The position numbers and the translations under genes are program-made. The notes below the pieces were generated by a model. The model was not told the origin of the DNA. It saw nothing but the letters and a program-made list of their open reading frames with translations, and made no database searches. A stretch of 64,000 nucleotides of DNA from a virus (Duplodnaviria > Heunggongvirae > Uroviricota > Caudoviricetes): IMG/VR virus record IMGVR_UViG_3300012348_000120; one strand, written 5' to 3'. Of this stretch, positions 10,827-21,827 are shown piece by piece (position 1 is the first letter of the stretch; every line of letters begins with the position of its first letter).

Positions 10827-13265
10827 ATGGCGTTTGATGGAATTTTTCTAACCACAAAGCAAGATAGAGACACGAGAGCACGTTTTGAAAAAATAAAAGA
10901 ACGATTGCCAACAATCAAACTTCTTTATATCCCAAAGGATACTTGGGAAGATAATACGATGGCATCTGCGATTACCGAAGCAGTGCAGGATATAAACACT
11001 CGTTATTTCTGGGTTATAGACCCAGACGTGTTGGTTGACGACGATTTTGATTTTTCGTATGAGCCAGACGAATGGAGCAAAGACGTGTTGCACTACTGGA
11101 ATTGCAACATACGCAATGACACCAATCGTGTAGTAGGAATCAAACTTTTCAAGACAAAAGACGTGTTTGTCGGAAACGATGAATATGTAAATAAATCATA
11201 CTATCTTGATGTGCATCACTTCAATCATGATTCAGAACTTCCTGCTTATGCACCAACCAAAGAGTTGTATGATATATTTTATGTGAATAACATCTACGAC
11301 ATTCAGCCATATGCTGATCAGTCGTTTACAACTATGTTTTGGATGATTGACAATGCAGTTTCTCCATATATCAACAGTGTAGAGAAATTTTCTCCATCGC
11401 CATATGACCAAGGTCTTATTCACAACTTCACAGTGAAATTACCAAATGGTTCGGTCGTTGTCAATGGCGTAAGGTTGGTTCCAAAGCGATACGACCTATC
11501 TATGCAACAAGACGTATATGAAACTATGGGCGACATAGACAAGGTTGAAATTGTATACGCCAGAACGCCAGAAGAAGCACTTGAAACTGCGAACTCTCAT
11601 TCGTTTTGGATGGTAAATCCAGACTTGGATTTGATAGAACCAAGTATAATTGACGAATTTTATCCAAACATACACGATCCAATATCAGCACACATATTTA
11701 AAATTCAGTCACAATCTGGAAAAGATTTCGGGTATGGCGGAATTATGCTTTTGAACAAAAGTCATGATCAAAACTCTGTAAGTCATATTGATCGTTTTGC
11801 AATGACTCCACCAAAAAATTGTAGAATACCAATTTATAAAAGCAGAGATCATTATGATGTGTATAAGAATAAATCAGTGAATGATTATTTCTATTGGTAT
11901 GTAGATACGCCAATATCAACACTGGATGACTTTAATTACGACTTCTATCCAGACATATACACCATGGAAAACGTTTTCACCTTCAATGGTGCAGGCGGTG
12001 GTTCTGGTGTTTATCTTGTAAACCGCAAATGCTTGCAGAAGTTTGAGTTGAGCGAAGATGATTTTCTCTATGACAGATTTGAGAATTTAAAGCATATAGA
12101 TCAAGTTGTCAGTAAAGCAGTAGCACACCCAGTGTATTATTTTGATGAGGGAATGTATCCGAAAAATACAGAACGTATGCGATCTGTATCCGACATCAAA
12201 ATAGTAGACGCAACCGATCTATCAGGTGCGTATATCAAAGCGGCAGAGGAAACATCCACTGGATATTTTTGGGCAATTGACAATGACGTTGAGTTGAAAG
12301 ATTTGAACTTCCCACGATCATATTATGTAGATCGGATACACAAGTCTCATTTCGTAATATGGCCAAAAGAAAACCCATACACTGGATACATACATCAGTA
12401 TGGCGGGGTCAAACTTTGCCCATCTGAGGCGATACTACATTTGAAACCAGATGCAGAAAAGATACGAAAATCTAATTTTGCCAATAAGCTACACGTAAAA
12501 ACGTCAGTTGCAAGATCAAGTGACATTATTTACGACACTGTGTTTCTCAGTTATAATGAACCATTTGCCGATCAGAATTATGAAAAACTTTTGCAGAGAA
12601 TACCAAATGCAAAAAGAGTTCATGGAGTAAAAGGTATTTTCAACGCACACAAAAAAGCAGCAGAAGTCGCAGAAACGAAAATGTTTTATGTGGTGGATGC
12701 TGACGCCATATTACTGGATGATTTTGAATTTGAGTATTTCCCTAACTATTGGGAAGAAGACATTGTTCATACTTGGAGATCAAAAAATCCAGTGAATGGA
12801 CTTGTATATGGATACGGTGGCCTAAAACTATTCCCAACTCAATTGTTAAGAGACGCAACTGATTGGAAAGTTGACTTCACTACATCCGTATCTGAGAAAT
12901 TTAAACCAATGCAAGTAGTTGCCAATTACACTGCATTTAATACTGACCCATTTAATACTTGGAAATCGGCGTTTCGTGAATGCACCAAACTCGCAGCAAA
13001 CATAATTCAGCGTGGAGATTCATTGGTAAACAATGACCGATTGAACATATGGTGTGAAGTTGGTGCCGACAAACCATACGGAGAATACGCGATTTCTGGA
13101 GCAAGAATGGGTCGCGCATACGGAACTAAATATTCAACTGATGAAGTTGAGATTTCTAAAATAAACGATTTTGAATGGCTAAAAGCTAAATTTGAGGAAA
13201 CATATAATGACAACAGTAACCAGAGAACGCAGAGCAAGAAGAAACTCCAAGATCAAAAAGCATGA
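10827..13265 (+). CDS. multi-repeat glycosyltransferase-like protein
   Basis: About six degenerate repeats with (F/Y)W(V/M/A)(I/V)D-x-D; best-preserved copy is C-terminal (FYVVDAD, YGYGGLKL). Confidence 0.65.
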   Translation: MAFDGIFLTTKQDRDTRARFEKIKERLPTIKLLYIPKDTWEDNTMASAITEAVQDINTRYFWVIDPDVLVDDDFDFSYEPDEWSKDVLHYWNCNIRNDTNRVVGIKLFKTKDVFVGNDEYVNKSYYLDVHHFNHDSELPAYAPTKELYDIFYVNNIYDIQPYADQSFTTMFWMIDNAVSPYINSVEKFSPSPYDQGLIHNFTVKLPNGSVVVNGVRLVPKRYDLSMQQDVYETMGDIDKVEIVYARTPEEALETANSHSFWMVNPDLDLIEPSIIDEFYPNIHDPISAHIFKIQSQSGKDFGYGGIMLLNKSHDQNSVSHIDRFAMTPPKNCRIPIYKSRDHYDVYKNKSVNDYFYWYVDTPISTLDDFNYDFYPDIYTMENVFTFNGAGGGSGVYLVNRKCLQKFELSEDDFLYDRFENLKHIDQVVSKAVAHPVYYFDEGMYPKNTERMRSVSDIKIVDATDLSGAYIKAAEETSTGYFWAIDNDVELKDLNFPRSYYVDRIHKSHFVIWPKENPYTGYIHQYGGVKLCPSEAILHLKPDAEKIRKSNFANKLHVKTSVARSSDIIYDTVFLSYNEPFADQNYEKLLQRIPNAKRVHGVKGIFNAHKKAAEVAETKMFYVVDADAILLDDFEFEYFPNYWEEDIVHTWRSKNPVNGLVYGYGGLKLFPTQLLRDATDWKVDFTTSVSEKFKPMQVVANYTAFNTDPFNTWKSAFRECTKLAANIIQRGDSLVNNDRLNIWCEVGADKPYGEYAISGARMGRAYGTKYSTDEVEISKINDFEWLKAKFEETYNDNSNQRTQSKKKLQDQKA

Positions 13266-14154
13266 TGAACTTTATGATACGCTAGGCGTTGACCCATCAC
13301 TAACCGTAGATCAGAATGTTGTAACTGAAATCGGTGTAGAAATTGAAGAAATAATATCCTATGAAAGTAGGAACCGAAAAAAGAAACGTCCATTGGCGAT
13401 GGTTGACTATGACTATCAAGCGATGGCAATCGAATATTCAATAGAGAATGTTCCACAGCAGCTTGGAAACTATCGTAATGCGATGGACTTTTTAGCACAT
13501 ACTAATCTGATAGACAATGATAAAATTGTTGACAGATTGAAGTCTGTCATATATAATTTTCCAAATATTGACATGAGTAGCTTTCTCAATAAAGAGAATG
13601 CAAAATTGTATTCTTGGATTTGCCAGCATCTAAGCTATACACTTGGCGAAAAATACATTGGATCAGTGTATGTTCTTGGTGGTGGAATGGGGCTGTTAGG
13701 TGCGATGCTACTTGACACTAAACTTCGGTTTGAGAATGTTCGTAGCTTTGACATAAACGGTGCAGGACAGTTCTTAGCAGATGAAATGATGGCAGAAGAA
13801 CTTCTTATGGATTGGCGGTTCAAGTCAACCACAAAAGACTTGTTTGACATTGATTATGCCAGAAATCTGTTTTCTTGTCGTTTGCAAAATGGTTCGTTGA
13901 GTGACCCATTCAAGGAAATCCCAGGAACTGTTATTAATACAAACATCAGCTATTTGAAAAATCACAAAGACTGGTATGAGATGATTCCAGACTTGCGCCG
14001 TGTGGTAATCGTTGGCGAAACTGGTGATGATGTTCCTTATCCGTTTGCAAGTTCACAGGCGTTTAACAAAAAGTTTCCGATGAGTTATGAGTTGTATACT
14101 GGCGTTCTGACAGTTGGAAAAAAACAATTCTTTATGAAAATAGGCCATAGATGA
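13207..14154 (+). CDS. class I SAM-dependent methyltransferase-like protein
   Basis: VLGGGMGLLG ... SFDI ... VINT. Confidence 0.5.
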   Translation: MTTVTRERRARRNSKIKKHDELYDTLGVDPSLTVDQNVVTEIGVEIEEIISYESRNRKKKRPLAMVDYDYQAMAIEYSIENVPQQLGNYRNAMDFLAHTNLIDNDKIVDRLKSVIYNFPNIDMSSFLNKENAKLYSWICQHLSYTLGEKYIGSVYVLGGGMGLLGAMLLDTKLRFENVRSFDINGAGQFLADEMMAEELLMDWRFKSTTKDLFDIDYARNLFSCRLQNGSLSDPFKEIPGTVINTNISYLKNHKDWYEMIPDLRRVVIVGETGDDVPYPFASSQAFNKKFPMSYELYTGVLTVGKKQFFMKIGHR

Positions 14155-15239
14155 TATATCGTTACGAAGATGTTAGGGTTGTTCACTTAGAAGTAACAGA
14201 ACGATGCCAAGCATCTTGTCCTATGTGTGATAGAAATATGAGAGGTGGCAAGTTGAATCCCAACTTGTCCCTCAATGAATTATCTCTTGCAGACATAAAA
14301 AACATGTTTCCATCCGAGTTCGTTAAGCAGCTTGACCGCATATATATGTGTGGAAATTTTGGTGATCCAATTGTTGCCGACGACACATTAGAGATATTTC
14401 AATATTTCAGGAATGAAAACGCAAACTTGACTCTTGGTATGAATACGAATGCGGGGGCAAAAAAACCAGAATGGTGGAGAGAACTCGCCAAAACACTGGG
14501 ATCAAACTCTTATGTAAAATTTTCATTTGATGGGTTGAAAGACACCAACCACCTATATAGACAGGGTGTAAACTGGGACATTGCCATAACAAACGCAGAG
14601 GCATTTATAGAGGCTGGTGGCAAGGCACACTGGGACTATCTCATATTTGAGCACAATGAACATCAGGTGGAAGATGCGCGGCAGTTGAGTGAGCGTATGG
14701 GATTTCAAAAGTTCATACCCAAGAAGACAGGGCGTTTTTATTCATCAGTTCGGTCGGATGGAAAAGATGAACATCAAGCTGTGAATCGCAAGGGTGAAGA
14801 AAAGCAACTATTGCAAAAGCCAAAAGAAGTCAAGTATCAAAATAAAGAAGTTGAGCGCATCGCGGAGCTAAAACAAAAATACGGATCGTTGGATTCATAT
14901 TTTGATAATGTTAAGATAAAGTGCAAAGTCGCAGAAGAAAAGAACCTGTTCGTATCGGCAGAAGGTCTGATTCTTCCTTGCTGTTGGGTTGCAGGAAATA
15001 TGTATAAGTGGTGGCAAGTTCCTGGAGAAAATCAAGTGTGGGAACTCATTCAACAAAGCGGCGGAAAAGAAAAGTTTGATGCCAAACTTCATGGAATTGC
15101 TGGCGTTCTGAACAATGAATACTTTTCTCACCGATTGGTTGACAGTTGGGGTAAACCAAATATTCACTCTGGTAAGCCAAAGGTATGTTCCGAAAAGTGC
15201 GGAATAGAATTTGATCCATTTGGTGCACAGTTCAAATGA
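14151..15239 (+). CDS. radical SAM protein with C-terminal twitch domain
   Basis: CQASCPMC, GNFGDP; C...PCC...CSEKC. Confidence 0.9.
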   Translation: MIYRYEDVRVVHLEVTERCQASCPMCDRNMRGGKLNPNLSLNELSLADIKNMFPSEFVKQLDRIYMCGNFGDPIVADDTLEIFQYFRNENANLTLGMNTNAGAKKPEWWRELAKTLGSNSYVKFSFDGLKDTNHLYRQGVNWDIAITNAEAFIEAGGKAHWDYLIFEHNEHQVEDARQLSERMGFQKFIPKKTGRFYSSVRSDGKDEHQAVNRKGEEKQLLQKPKEVKYQNKEVERIAELKQKYGSLDSYFDNVKIKCKVAEEKNLFVSAEGLILPCCWVAGNMYKWWQVPGENQVWELIQQSGGKEKFDAKLHGIAGVLNNEYFSHRLVDSWGKPNIHSGKPKVCSEKCGIEFDPFGAQFK

Positions 15240-15784
15240 AACTCTTAAACCTACAAGAACGATACAGCACGTTCAAATACTATCAGTTTGATGGATTACT
15301 ATCGTCTGAACTTGTTGAACGTGCAGCAGAAGAAAGTAAACGTTTCTTGCCGTTCAAAGTTGAAAGAACAAGAACCAGCAATTCGCAGCGTATTTGGATG
15401 AACCAGTTGTGGATGACAGTCTTTAGTGAAATAGCAGAACGGTTTGACGCGACTGAAACCAAAGAAATGTTCAGTGAAATCACGGGCGTTGACTATAGAA
15501 ACATGAGAACTCGTCCAGAGTTGTGTGTTGACAAACAAGGTTCTTGGCTTGAACCTCATGTTGATGATCCTGCGAAGGAACTTACTTTGCAACTATACCT
15601 AAGCGGTTCTGGAAATAGCACAGTGATTGGTAATTCTGCTACGCATATAAACATTGGCAGTGGGTGGTTTTTTGTAAATACCGCAACAGAATGGCATAGA
15701 CTTCCTCCTTTGGAGCATGACCGCACAAGTATCATAATAAATTATGTCAACGATAGATGGAATGATAAGACCGTGCTTGTATGA
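15236..15784 (+). CDS. 2OG-Fe(II) oxygenase
   Basis: HVD ... WH ... RTS facial-triad pattern. Confidence 0.7.
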   Translation: MKLLNLQERYSTFKYYQFDGLLSSELVERAAEESKRFLPFKVERTRTSNSQRIWMNQLWMTVFSEIAERFDATETKEMFSEITGVDYRNMRTRPELCVDKQGSWLEPHVDDPAKELTLQLYLSGSGNSTVIGNSATHINIGSGWFFVNTATEWHRLPPLEHDRTSIIINYVNDRWNDKTVLV

Positions 15785-16740
15785 TAGATCGTATATTCTT
15801 TGAACAATCAAACTTATATGTTGACTGGCAGCTAAGTGACATTTGTAACTACAAATGTCACTATTGTAATTTTGAGAGCAAGGGTGGAAAAAATCCTTGG
15901 CCAGAATTAGATGAAGCAATTCGGCTTGTAAACGAAATACTTCGTAATAGCAAACATGAGTATAGAACATACAATCTTCTTGGTGGCGAACCAACTCTAT
16001 GGAGATACTATGGAGAACTGTGTAAATATATAAAGTCAGTTGATGACAATTGTGTAATACAAACACTTACGAATGGTTCACGAACTCTTCGTTGGTGGCA
16101 AACGTTTGCCCCATTTATGGATAAAATTGTCATAAGTCATCACAGTGCATCATCATCCGCAGAGCACACCTCCGATGTCATAAAGATATGCTCTTCGCAT
16201 TGTAGCGTCAGCGTTCAAGTTCTGATGGATGCCACTAATTTTGATGAATGTGTTGAGCATTTTGACTATCTTATGCGGAACAATGTAGGTTCAAGGATTG
16301 TCGCAAAAAAGGCAGAAACCATGCTTGGTAGTGGAAAGTGGATGGAATACTCTACGTCACAACAAGAATGGTTGATGCAGAGTTTGATTCGGACAAAAGA
16401 AAACGAGGATCAACCAAATCAATATGACAGAATGAAGTCTGTCATCGATAGAAAAGTAATGGTGGCTGATGCAGATAGAAGCTGGCAGTCAAGTAACAAA
16501 GAAATAATTTTAAACAATTGGAATCATTTTAAGGGGTGGCGCTGTAATATTGGTATCGATATGCTTTCAATAAGACCAAATGGTGACATAAAACCGAGTA
16601 GTGCATGTTTTAACGAAATCGTATTGGGTAATTTTAAGAAGCCAGATTTTATTCTTGAACTTTCAACGAATGGTTATGGGTGTAAATATGATAGTTGTTT
16701 TTGTGGGGCGGATATAGAAGTTGAAAAATACAAACAGTAA
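15781..16740 (+). CDS. radical SAM protein
   Basis: CNYKCHYC, GGEP; C-terminal C...C...CKYDSCFC. Confidence 0.9.
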   Translation: MIDRIFFEQSNLYVDWQLSDICNYKCHYCNFESKGGKNPWPELDEAIRLVNEILRNSKHEYRTYNLLGGEPTLWRYYGELCKYIKSVDDNCVIQTLTNGSRTLRWWQTFAPFMDKIVISHHSASSSAEHTSDVIKICSSHCSVSVQVLMDATNFDECVEHFDYLMRNNVGSRIVAKKAETMLGSGKWMEYSTSQQEWLMQSLIRTKENEDQPNQYDRMKSVIDRKVMVADADRSWQSSNKEIILNNWNHFKGWRCNIGIDMLSIRPNGDIKPSSACFNEIVLGNFKKPDFILELSTNGYGCKYDSCFCGADIEVEKYKQ

Positions 16741-17893
16741 TACCTTTTGTGCATTGCCTTGGATGCATATAGCTACAAGCCCAGGCGGAACTTTTCGTGT
16801 GTGCTGTAATAGTGACAATAGAAATAATAAGATTTTGAAAGAAGATGGAACTCCATTCAAGATTTATAAAGACTCTGTTGAAGATGTAAAGAATTCTCCT
16901 ACATATGCATTGATTAAAGAGCAAATGTTGAATGGAATTCAACCGCCAACTTGCAAGAGATGCTTCAAGCAAGAAGAAGCTGGATTTGAAAGTAGCCGCC
17001 AAGTTTATAATCATGTGTGGGAAAGTCGGGTGAAACTAAATGAGAACACCGAGACGTTGTATCTGGACTTGCGACTTGGAAACCAATGCAATCTGAAATG
17101 CAGAATGTGTAATCCATATTCAAGTAATCAGTGGGTGAATGAATGGGAAGAGCTTTACGGAAAGTTTCCCGAAAAGGAGAGAGTATGGCTCACTGATATG
17201 GGGTGGCAGAAATCAGACAAGATAAACAATAACCTGTTTGAACTTGCCAAAACTGTTGAAGAAATATATCTGACAGGCGGCGAACCGACTCTCATAAAAG
17301 AACAAGACTTGTTGCTTGATTATTGTATTGAAAATGATTTAGCCAAAAATATCAGTCTCAAATATAATACAAACTTGACACATGTTCCAAAGTCACTAAT
17401 TGATAAGTGGATAAAGTTTAAAGGCGTATTACTGAATTGCAGTATTGATGCCTATGGTGATTTGAATACTTACATTCGCAATCCAATTAAGTGGTCAAAG
17501 ATTTCAAGAAATTTTGAAAAGGTAAAACGAATACCTAACGTAAAGTTAGATGTTTGCATCACTGTTCAAATATACAATGCACTTCATATTAACGTTTTGC
17601 TTGATTGGATAATGCAACAAGACCTTCCGAACACAATGATATTTTTCAACATTTTGGAAGAACCAGATCAGCTTAATATAAAATCATTGCCACCAAAATT
17701 AAAACAACTCGCGGCTAAACGACTTGAACCATACTTTCACCTTCCAAAACTATCAAACGTTGTTGATTACATGATGATTGAACAACGAAATGATTGGAGT
17801 AAGTTCGTAGAATTTACAAAGAAGGTTGATTCTATGAGAAAAGAAAACATATTCAGCGTGGTTCCTGAGTTCAAGGATTATTTTAATGATTGA
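16721..17893 (+). CDS. radical SAM protein with N-terminal twitch-like domain
   Basis: FCALPW...VCC...CKRC, then CNLKCRMC and GGEP. Confidence 0.9.
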   Translation: MKNTNSNTFCALPWMHIATSPGGTFRVCCNSDNRNNKILKEDGTPFKIYKDSVEDVKNSPTYALIKEQMLNGIQPPTCKRCFKQEEAGFESSRQVYNHVWESRVKLNENTETLYLDLRLGNQCNLKCRMCNPYSSNQWVNEWEELYGKFPEKERVWLTDMGWQKSDKINNNLFELAKTVEEIYLTGGEPTLIKEQDLLLDYCIENDLAKNISLKYNTNLTHVPKSLIDKWIKFKGVLLNCSIDAYGDLNTYIRNPIKWSKISRNFEKVKRIPNVKLDVCITVQIYNALHINVLLDWIMQQDLPNTMIFFNILEEPDQLNIKSLPPKLKQLAAKRLEPYFHLPKLSNVVDYMMIEQRNDWSKFVEFTKKVDSMRKENIFSVVPEFKDYFND

Positions 17894-18992
17894 TTGTTTC
17901 GCTACACGAAATAGTTTTCAAGTTGATGCACAGGGTAAAGTATCTCCTTGTTGCAAATTCAAGGGCAACTATTCTCATGTTGACGAATATTCATCTGTTG
18001 AAAACATATTTTCAGATGCGAGACTGAAAGCGTTGCGTGAGAGCCATCGCCAAGGAACTTGGACCAAATCTTGTTACAGATGCGAACAAGATGAATCATC
18101 ATCGAAGCAAAGCCGAAAGCAGATGTATGATGTGATTGGGTTGAGTAACGACGACTTTTTCATTGATGTGAGTTTAGGAAACTATTGTAACCTGAAGTGC
18201 AGAATGTGCAGTCCAGAAAACAGTTCACAATGGGCGTCTGACTATGATGCATTGATGCAGGAAGACTTAGTATCGCCTGTAAAATACACAAATTACTTGA
18301 TGAGCAATGCAACAATTTCTATGATTGCAAATTTCATTGAAACAGTAAATGGGCGTATCATCATAGAAGTAAAAGGTGGAGAACCACTGTTAATGCCGAA
18401 TAGCAAAACCTTTTTCAATACTCTGAGTGAATGCTCAAACTCAAATCGCATAGAGATATGGATTGCAACGAATGGAACGAAAATACCAGATTGGTTTGAA
18501 GAATGTATGAAAAAATTCAACCGAGTCGAATTGAGCGTCAGTGTAGACGGAAGTGGAAGTGTTTACAATTACATAAGAGGTTCAAAGCATTCCTATTCTG
18601 ACGTTTTAGAGAATGCGAAAGCGTTTCTAAGCATAAAAAATATCAGACTTCGATTCAACGTGGTTGTGCAGAATTTAAATATTCGTAATGTCTCTGATTT
18701 GTATGATGATCTTTTTGGTATTGTAAAATCTCATAATGATATAACTCTTATCATTCTAAGATTTCCAGAATATTACCAATCTAATATATATCCAGATGAT
18801 AAAAAACAAATGATAGTTGATAGTTGGCACAACAAATCAATAACCAGTAATTCAAGCTATAAGGCGATGCTAAATGTATTTTTAGCACCTAACGATGATA
18901 TTACTTGGAATTCGTTTTCTAAGATTACACGTATATTGGATTATCGTAGAAATCAATCAATAGCAGAGATAGATGAATGTTTGAAGATATAA
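17886..18992 (+). CDS. radical SAM protein with N-terminal twitch-like domain
   Basis: C...PCC...CYRC, then CNLKCRMC and GGEP. Confidence 0.9.
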   Translation: MIDCFATRNSFQVDAQGKVSPCCKFKGNYSHVDEYSSVENIFSDARLKALRESHRQGTWTKSCYRCEQDESSSKQSRKQMYDVIGLSNDDFFIDVSLGNYCNLKCRMCSPENSSQWASDYDALMQEDLVSPVKYTNYLMSNATISMIANFIETVNGRIIIEVKGGEPLLMPNSKTFFNTLSECSNSNRIEIWIATNGTKIPDWFEECMKKFNRVELSVSVDGSGSVYNYIRGSKHSYSDVLENAKAFLSIKNIRLRFNVVVQNLNIRNVSDLYDDLFGIVKSHNDITLIILRFPEYYQSNIYPDDKKQMIVDSWHNKSITSNSSYKAMLNVFLAPNDDITWNSFSKITRILDYRRNQSIAEIDECLKI

Positions 18993-19801
18993 GCAACAGA
19001 CCCAGAATTGATCCACTTACTGAAACCGTATTAGAAGAATACAACTTTTATTACTACGAATGTTCACTTTCTGAACTTCCATTTCAGGCTTGTGGCAGCA
19101 AAGAGTATATTCCAGACGACACTATATTGTTTCACTATCGCAATTTGAATTATCATTTGTTGTCATACAGAAATTACTACAAGCCAATTATTGGAAACAT
19201 AGTGAAGACTGGATGCTGGCTCGTAACAGATATGACAAAAAATGGCATACAGAGTCCATTGAGTATGTTTGGCACTCATGTTCATCCTGGCAAAAAAAGA
19301 TATATGGTTGCGAACTATTTGCAACTTGACAAAGTTCCAATACTATGGCAAACTAAGGAGTTGCATTCATCTTACCAAAAAGTCGAAACCTTGTCAGATT
19401 TGGCAGATGTATACAAAAATAATTTCAGCACTCGTGTTGAAAGATACGAAGATGAGATGAAGTTAGAATGCAGTTGGCATGGTGCAACCAATAGCCGTGA
19501 TGACAAGGGATATGATAATTGGTGGAAAGTAAGTAATCAAGCGATTGGCACAAACGTCATATTGGAATATGTTACTCGTTATGGTGTTCGTATAAATGAC
19601 ACCAGTGCGCCATTTCATATCTTAGTTCATGATGATACATTAGAGTTTGATTGGTGGCAGTTGTATTTCCATTTTGATCCAAACGTATATCGCAAGGTTT
19701 GCAAAACTGGAAAAATAGAAATCATAAATACATTTGCAAATAACAAAGATGTGATTTACGACTGCAATCTTATGGGAACATTGACGAGGCCAATCTTATA
19801 A
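18977..19801 (+). CDS. hypothetical protein, possibly ParB-like
   Basis: 274 aa; SPL...HPGKKR is weakly reminiscent of the ParB G-x-x-R motif. Confidence 0.5.
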   Translation: MFEDISNRPRIDPLTETVLEEYNFYYYECSLSELPFQACGSKEYIPDDTILFHYRNLNYHLLSYRNYYKPIIGNIVKTGCWLVTDMTKNGIQSPLSMFGTHVHPGKKRYMVANYLQLDKVPILWQTKELHSSYQKVETLSDLADVYKNNFSTRVERYEDEMKLECSWHGATNSRDDKGYDNWWKVSNQAIGTNVILEYVTRYGVRINDTSAPFHILVHDDTLEFDWWQLYFHFDPNVYRKVCKTGKIEIINTFANNKDVIYDCNLMGTLTRPIL

Positions 19802-20427
19802 TGAATAAATCAAATTCATTAGAACATTTATTTCCAATGCATTTATTAATGAAACGAAATTCTGGTTTCAATACTGTAATTGATGTTGGCGTAAACACAC
19901 TTCGGTATATTGAATTTTACAGTCAGTATTTTGATAATGTAATTGGAATAGAAGCAAATCCTATCACCTACGATAAAATGAAACATAGTATTCCGAAAAA
20001 CGCAAGTTTGCATAACGTGTGCTTAACGAATACATTTGGTGTAGCCGACTTTTATAGTTGTATTCCAGATTCTGGATACAGCACTTCTATATACGACCGA
20101 TATGTTGAACTTATAAATGACGGCACATTTTCTGAAACCGATTTTGAGGTTTTTCAAATGACGAAAGACAGCATTGATAATATGTTTGCTAATCAACAAG
20201 GCGTTGACCTTATTAAGATTGATGCTGAATACGAAGATATAAATATATTCTTAGGGGCAATTGATTTAATACGCAATAGCCGCCCCGTCATACAAATAGA
20301 GCATGTTACTCATCAGCGTAACACTGACATATTTTATGATACTATTTCAAATATTAACTATGTTGAGATAAAACCACACTTTGAAAGTAGGAATTATTTT
20401 TTCATACCGAAAGAAGATACAATATGA
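19801..20427 (+). CDS. FkbM-family methyltransferase
   Basis: VIDVG, IEAN, DLIKIDAE and RPVIQIE. Confidence 0.8.
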   Translation: MNKSNSLEHLFPMHLLMKRNSGFNTVIDVGVNTLRYIEFYSQYFDNVIGIEANPITYDKMKHSIPKNASLHNVCLTNTFGVADFYSCIPDSGYSTSIYDRYVELINDGTFSETDFEVFQMTKDSIDNMFANQQGVDLIKIDAEYEDINIFLGAIDLIRNSRPVIQIEHVTHQRNTDIFYDTISNINYVEIKPHFESRNYFFIPKEDTI

Positions 20428-21827
20428 GTAAATATCCAAGTAAAACATTTTGCGCCCTGCCTTGGGTTCATCTTAGCACTCGTCCAGATGGATCGATGCG
20501 TGTATGCTGCACTGCCAATGCAAGTAGTGTTGGACCGACAAATGACAAAGAGCATGGCGGTATGGTCGGCATTCTTAAAGATGACTTGGGTAAGCCCAGC
20601 AATCTTAATGTCACTGACTTTTTGACAAGCTGGAACAGCACGTATATGAAGAACGTGCGAAGACAGATGATGAATGGTGAAGTTCCTCCATCATGCACCA
20701 AGTGTTTTAAAGAAGAAGCTGCGGGCCACAATTCAAAGAGAATGTGGGAAACCAACTATTGGTCACAGCGGGTTGATATGGACCAACTGATTGCGCAGAC
20801 CACTCCTGAAGGTGAAGTGCCACCAAAACTTTCCTACATTGACTTGCGATTTGGAACAAAGTGCCAGCTTGCTTGCGTTATGTGCAGCCCACATGACAGT
20901 AGTAGTTGGATCAAAGATTGGATGGCAATACATCCACAGATTCAAAACCCATCTCTCAAAGAAAATACACAATGGGCAGACAAAGGTTCTGTCAACGGAA
21001 GTAGCTACAACTGGCATAGAAACAATCCTGTGTTCTGGCAACAATTTTATGATCAAATTCCTAATATGCAGCAAATTTACTTTGCTGGTGGAGAGAGCCT
21101 TATTATTGATGAGCACTATGAGATTTTAGAAGAGTGCATACGCCAAGGTCATGCGAAGAATTTGGAACTGCGATATAACTCCAACGGTGTTGAATGGAGA
21201 GAAGATTTATTTGAGCTATGGAAAGAATTCAAACTTGTTCGCTTTCATTACTCTGTTGATAGTATTGGTGAAATGAATAGTTATATTCGGTATCCAAGTG
21301 AATGGAAACGAACTCAGGAAGTGTTTCATATATTAGACAACGAAACTTCTGACAACGTAGAAGTTACAATTGCTTGTGCAGTTCAGGCACTCAACGTATA
21401 CTATCTTCCAGATTTTATCAAGTGGAAACTTGAACAGAACTTCAAGAAAGTGAATATGTGGCCATTTGGTGCTGGTGGAATAAACTATCATTTCGTGTAT
21501 CATCCACCACATTTGAATGTGAAGGTATTGCCAGCTTGGTTCAAAGCCGAATGCCGAAAAAAGTATGAAGAATTTTATCCTTGGTGGGAAGCCAACTGGG
21601 AAAAAGGTATACCAGAATGGTATAAAGGAAAGGTTTCATTTGAAACTTGGCGGGCTGAAAAGTATGGAGTCAACCAATTAGAAGGAATGCTTCTGTTTAT
21701 GGAAAGCGAAGATTGGAGTAATCGCTTACCAGAAATGGAAGAATTTTTGAACCTGTGTGATAGGCAGCGTAATCATTCATTCTCTGCTACATTCCCAGAA
21801 ATGAAAGACATATTCAAGAATGACTGA
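20424..21827 (+). CDS. radical SAM protein with N-terminal twitch-like domain
   Basis: FCALPW...VCC...CTKC, then CQLACVMC and GGES. Confidence 0.9.
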   Translation: MSKYPSKTFCALPWVHLSTRPDGSMRVCCTANASSVGPTNDKEHGGMVGILKDDLGKPSNLNVTDFLTSWNSTYMKNVRRQMMNGEVPPSCTKCFKEEAAGHNSKRMWETNYWSQRVDMDQLIAQTTPEGEVPPKLSYIDLRFGTKCQLACVMCSPHDSSSWIKDWMAIHPQIQNPSLKENTQWADKGSVNGSSYNWHRNNPVFWQQFYDQIPNMQQIYFAGGESLIIDEHYEILEECIRQGHAKNLELRYNSNGVEWREDLFELWKEFKLVRFHYSVDSIGEMNSYIRYPSEWKRTQEVFHILDNETSDNVEVTIACAVQALNVYYLPDFIKWKLEQNFKKVNMWPFGAGGINYHFVYHPPHLNVKVLPAWFKAECRKKYEEFYPWWEANWEKGIPEWYKGKVSFETWRAEKYGVNQLEGMLLFMESEDWSNRLPEMEEFLNLCDRQRNHSFSATFPEMKDIFKND

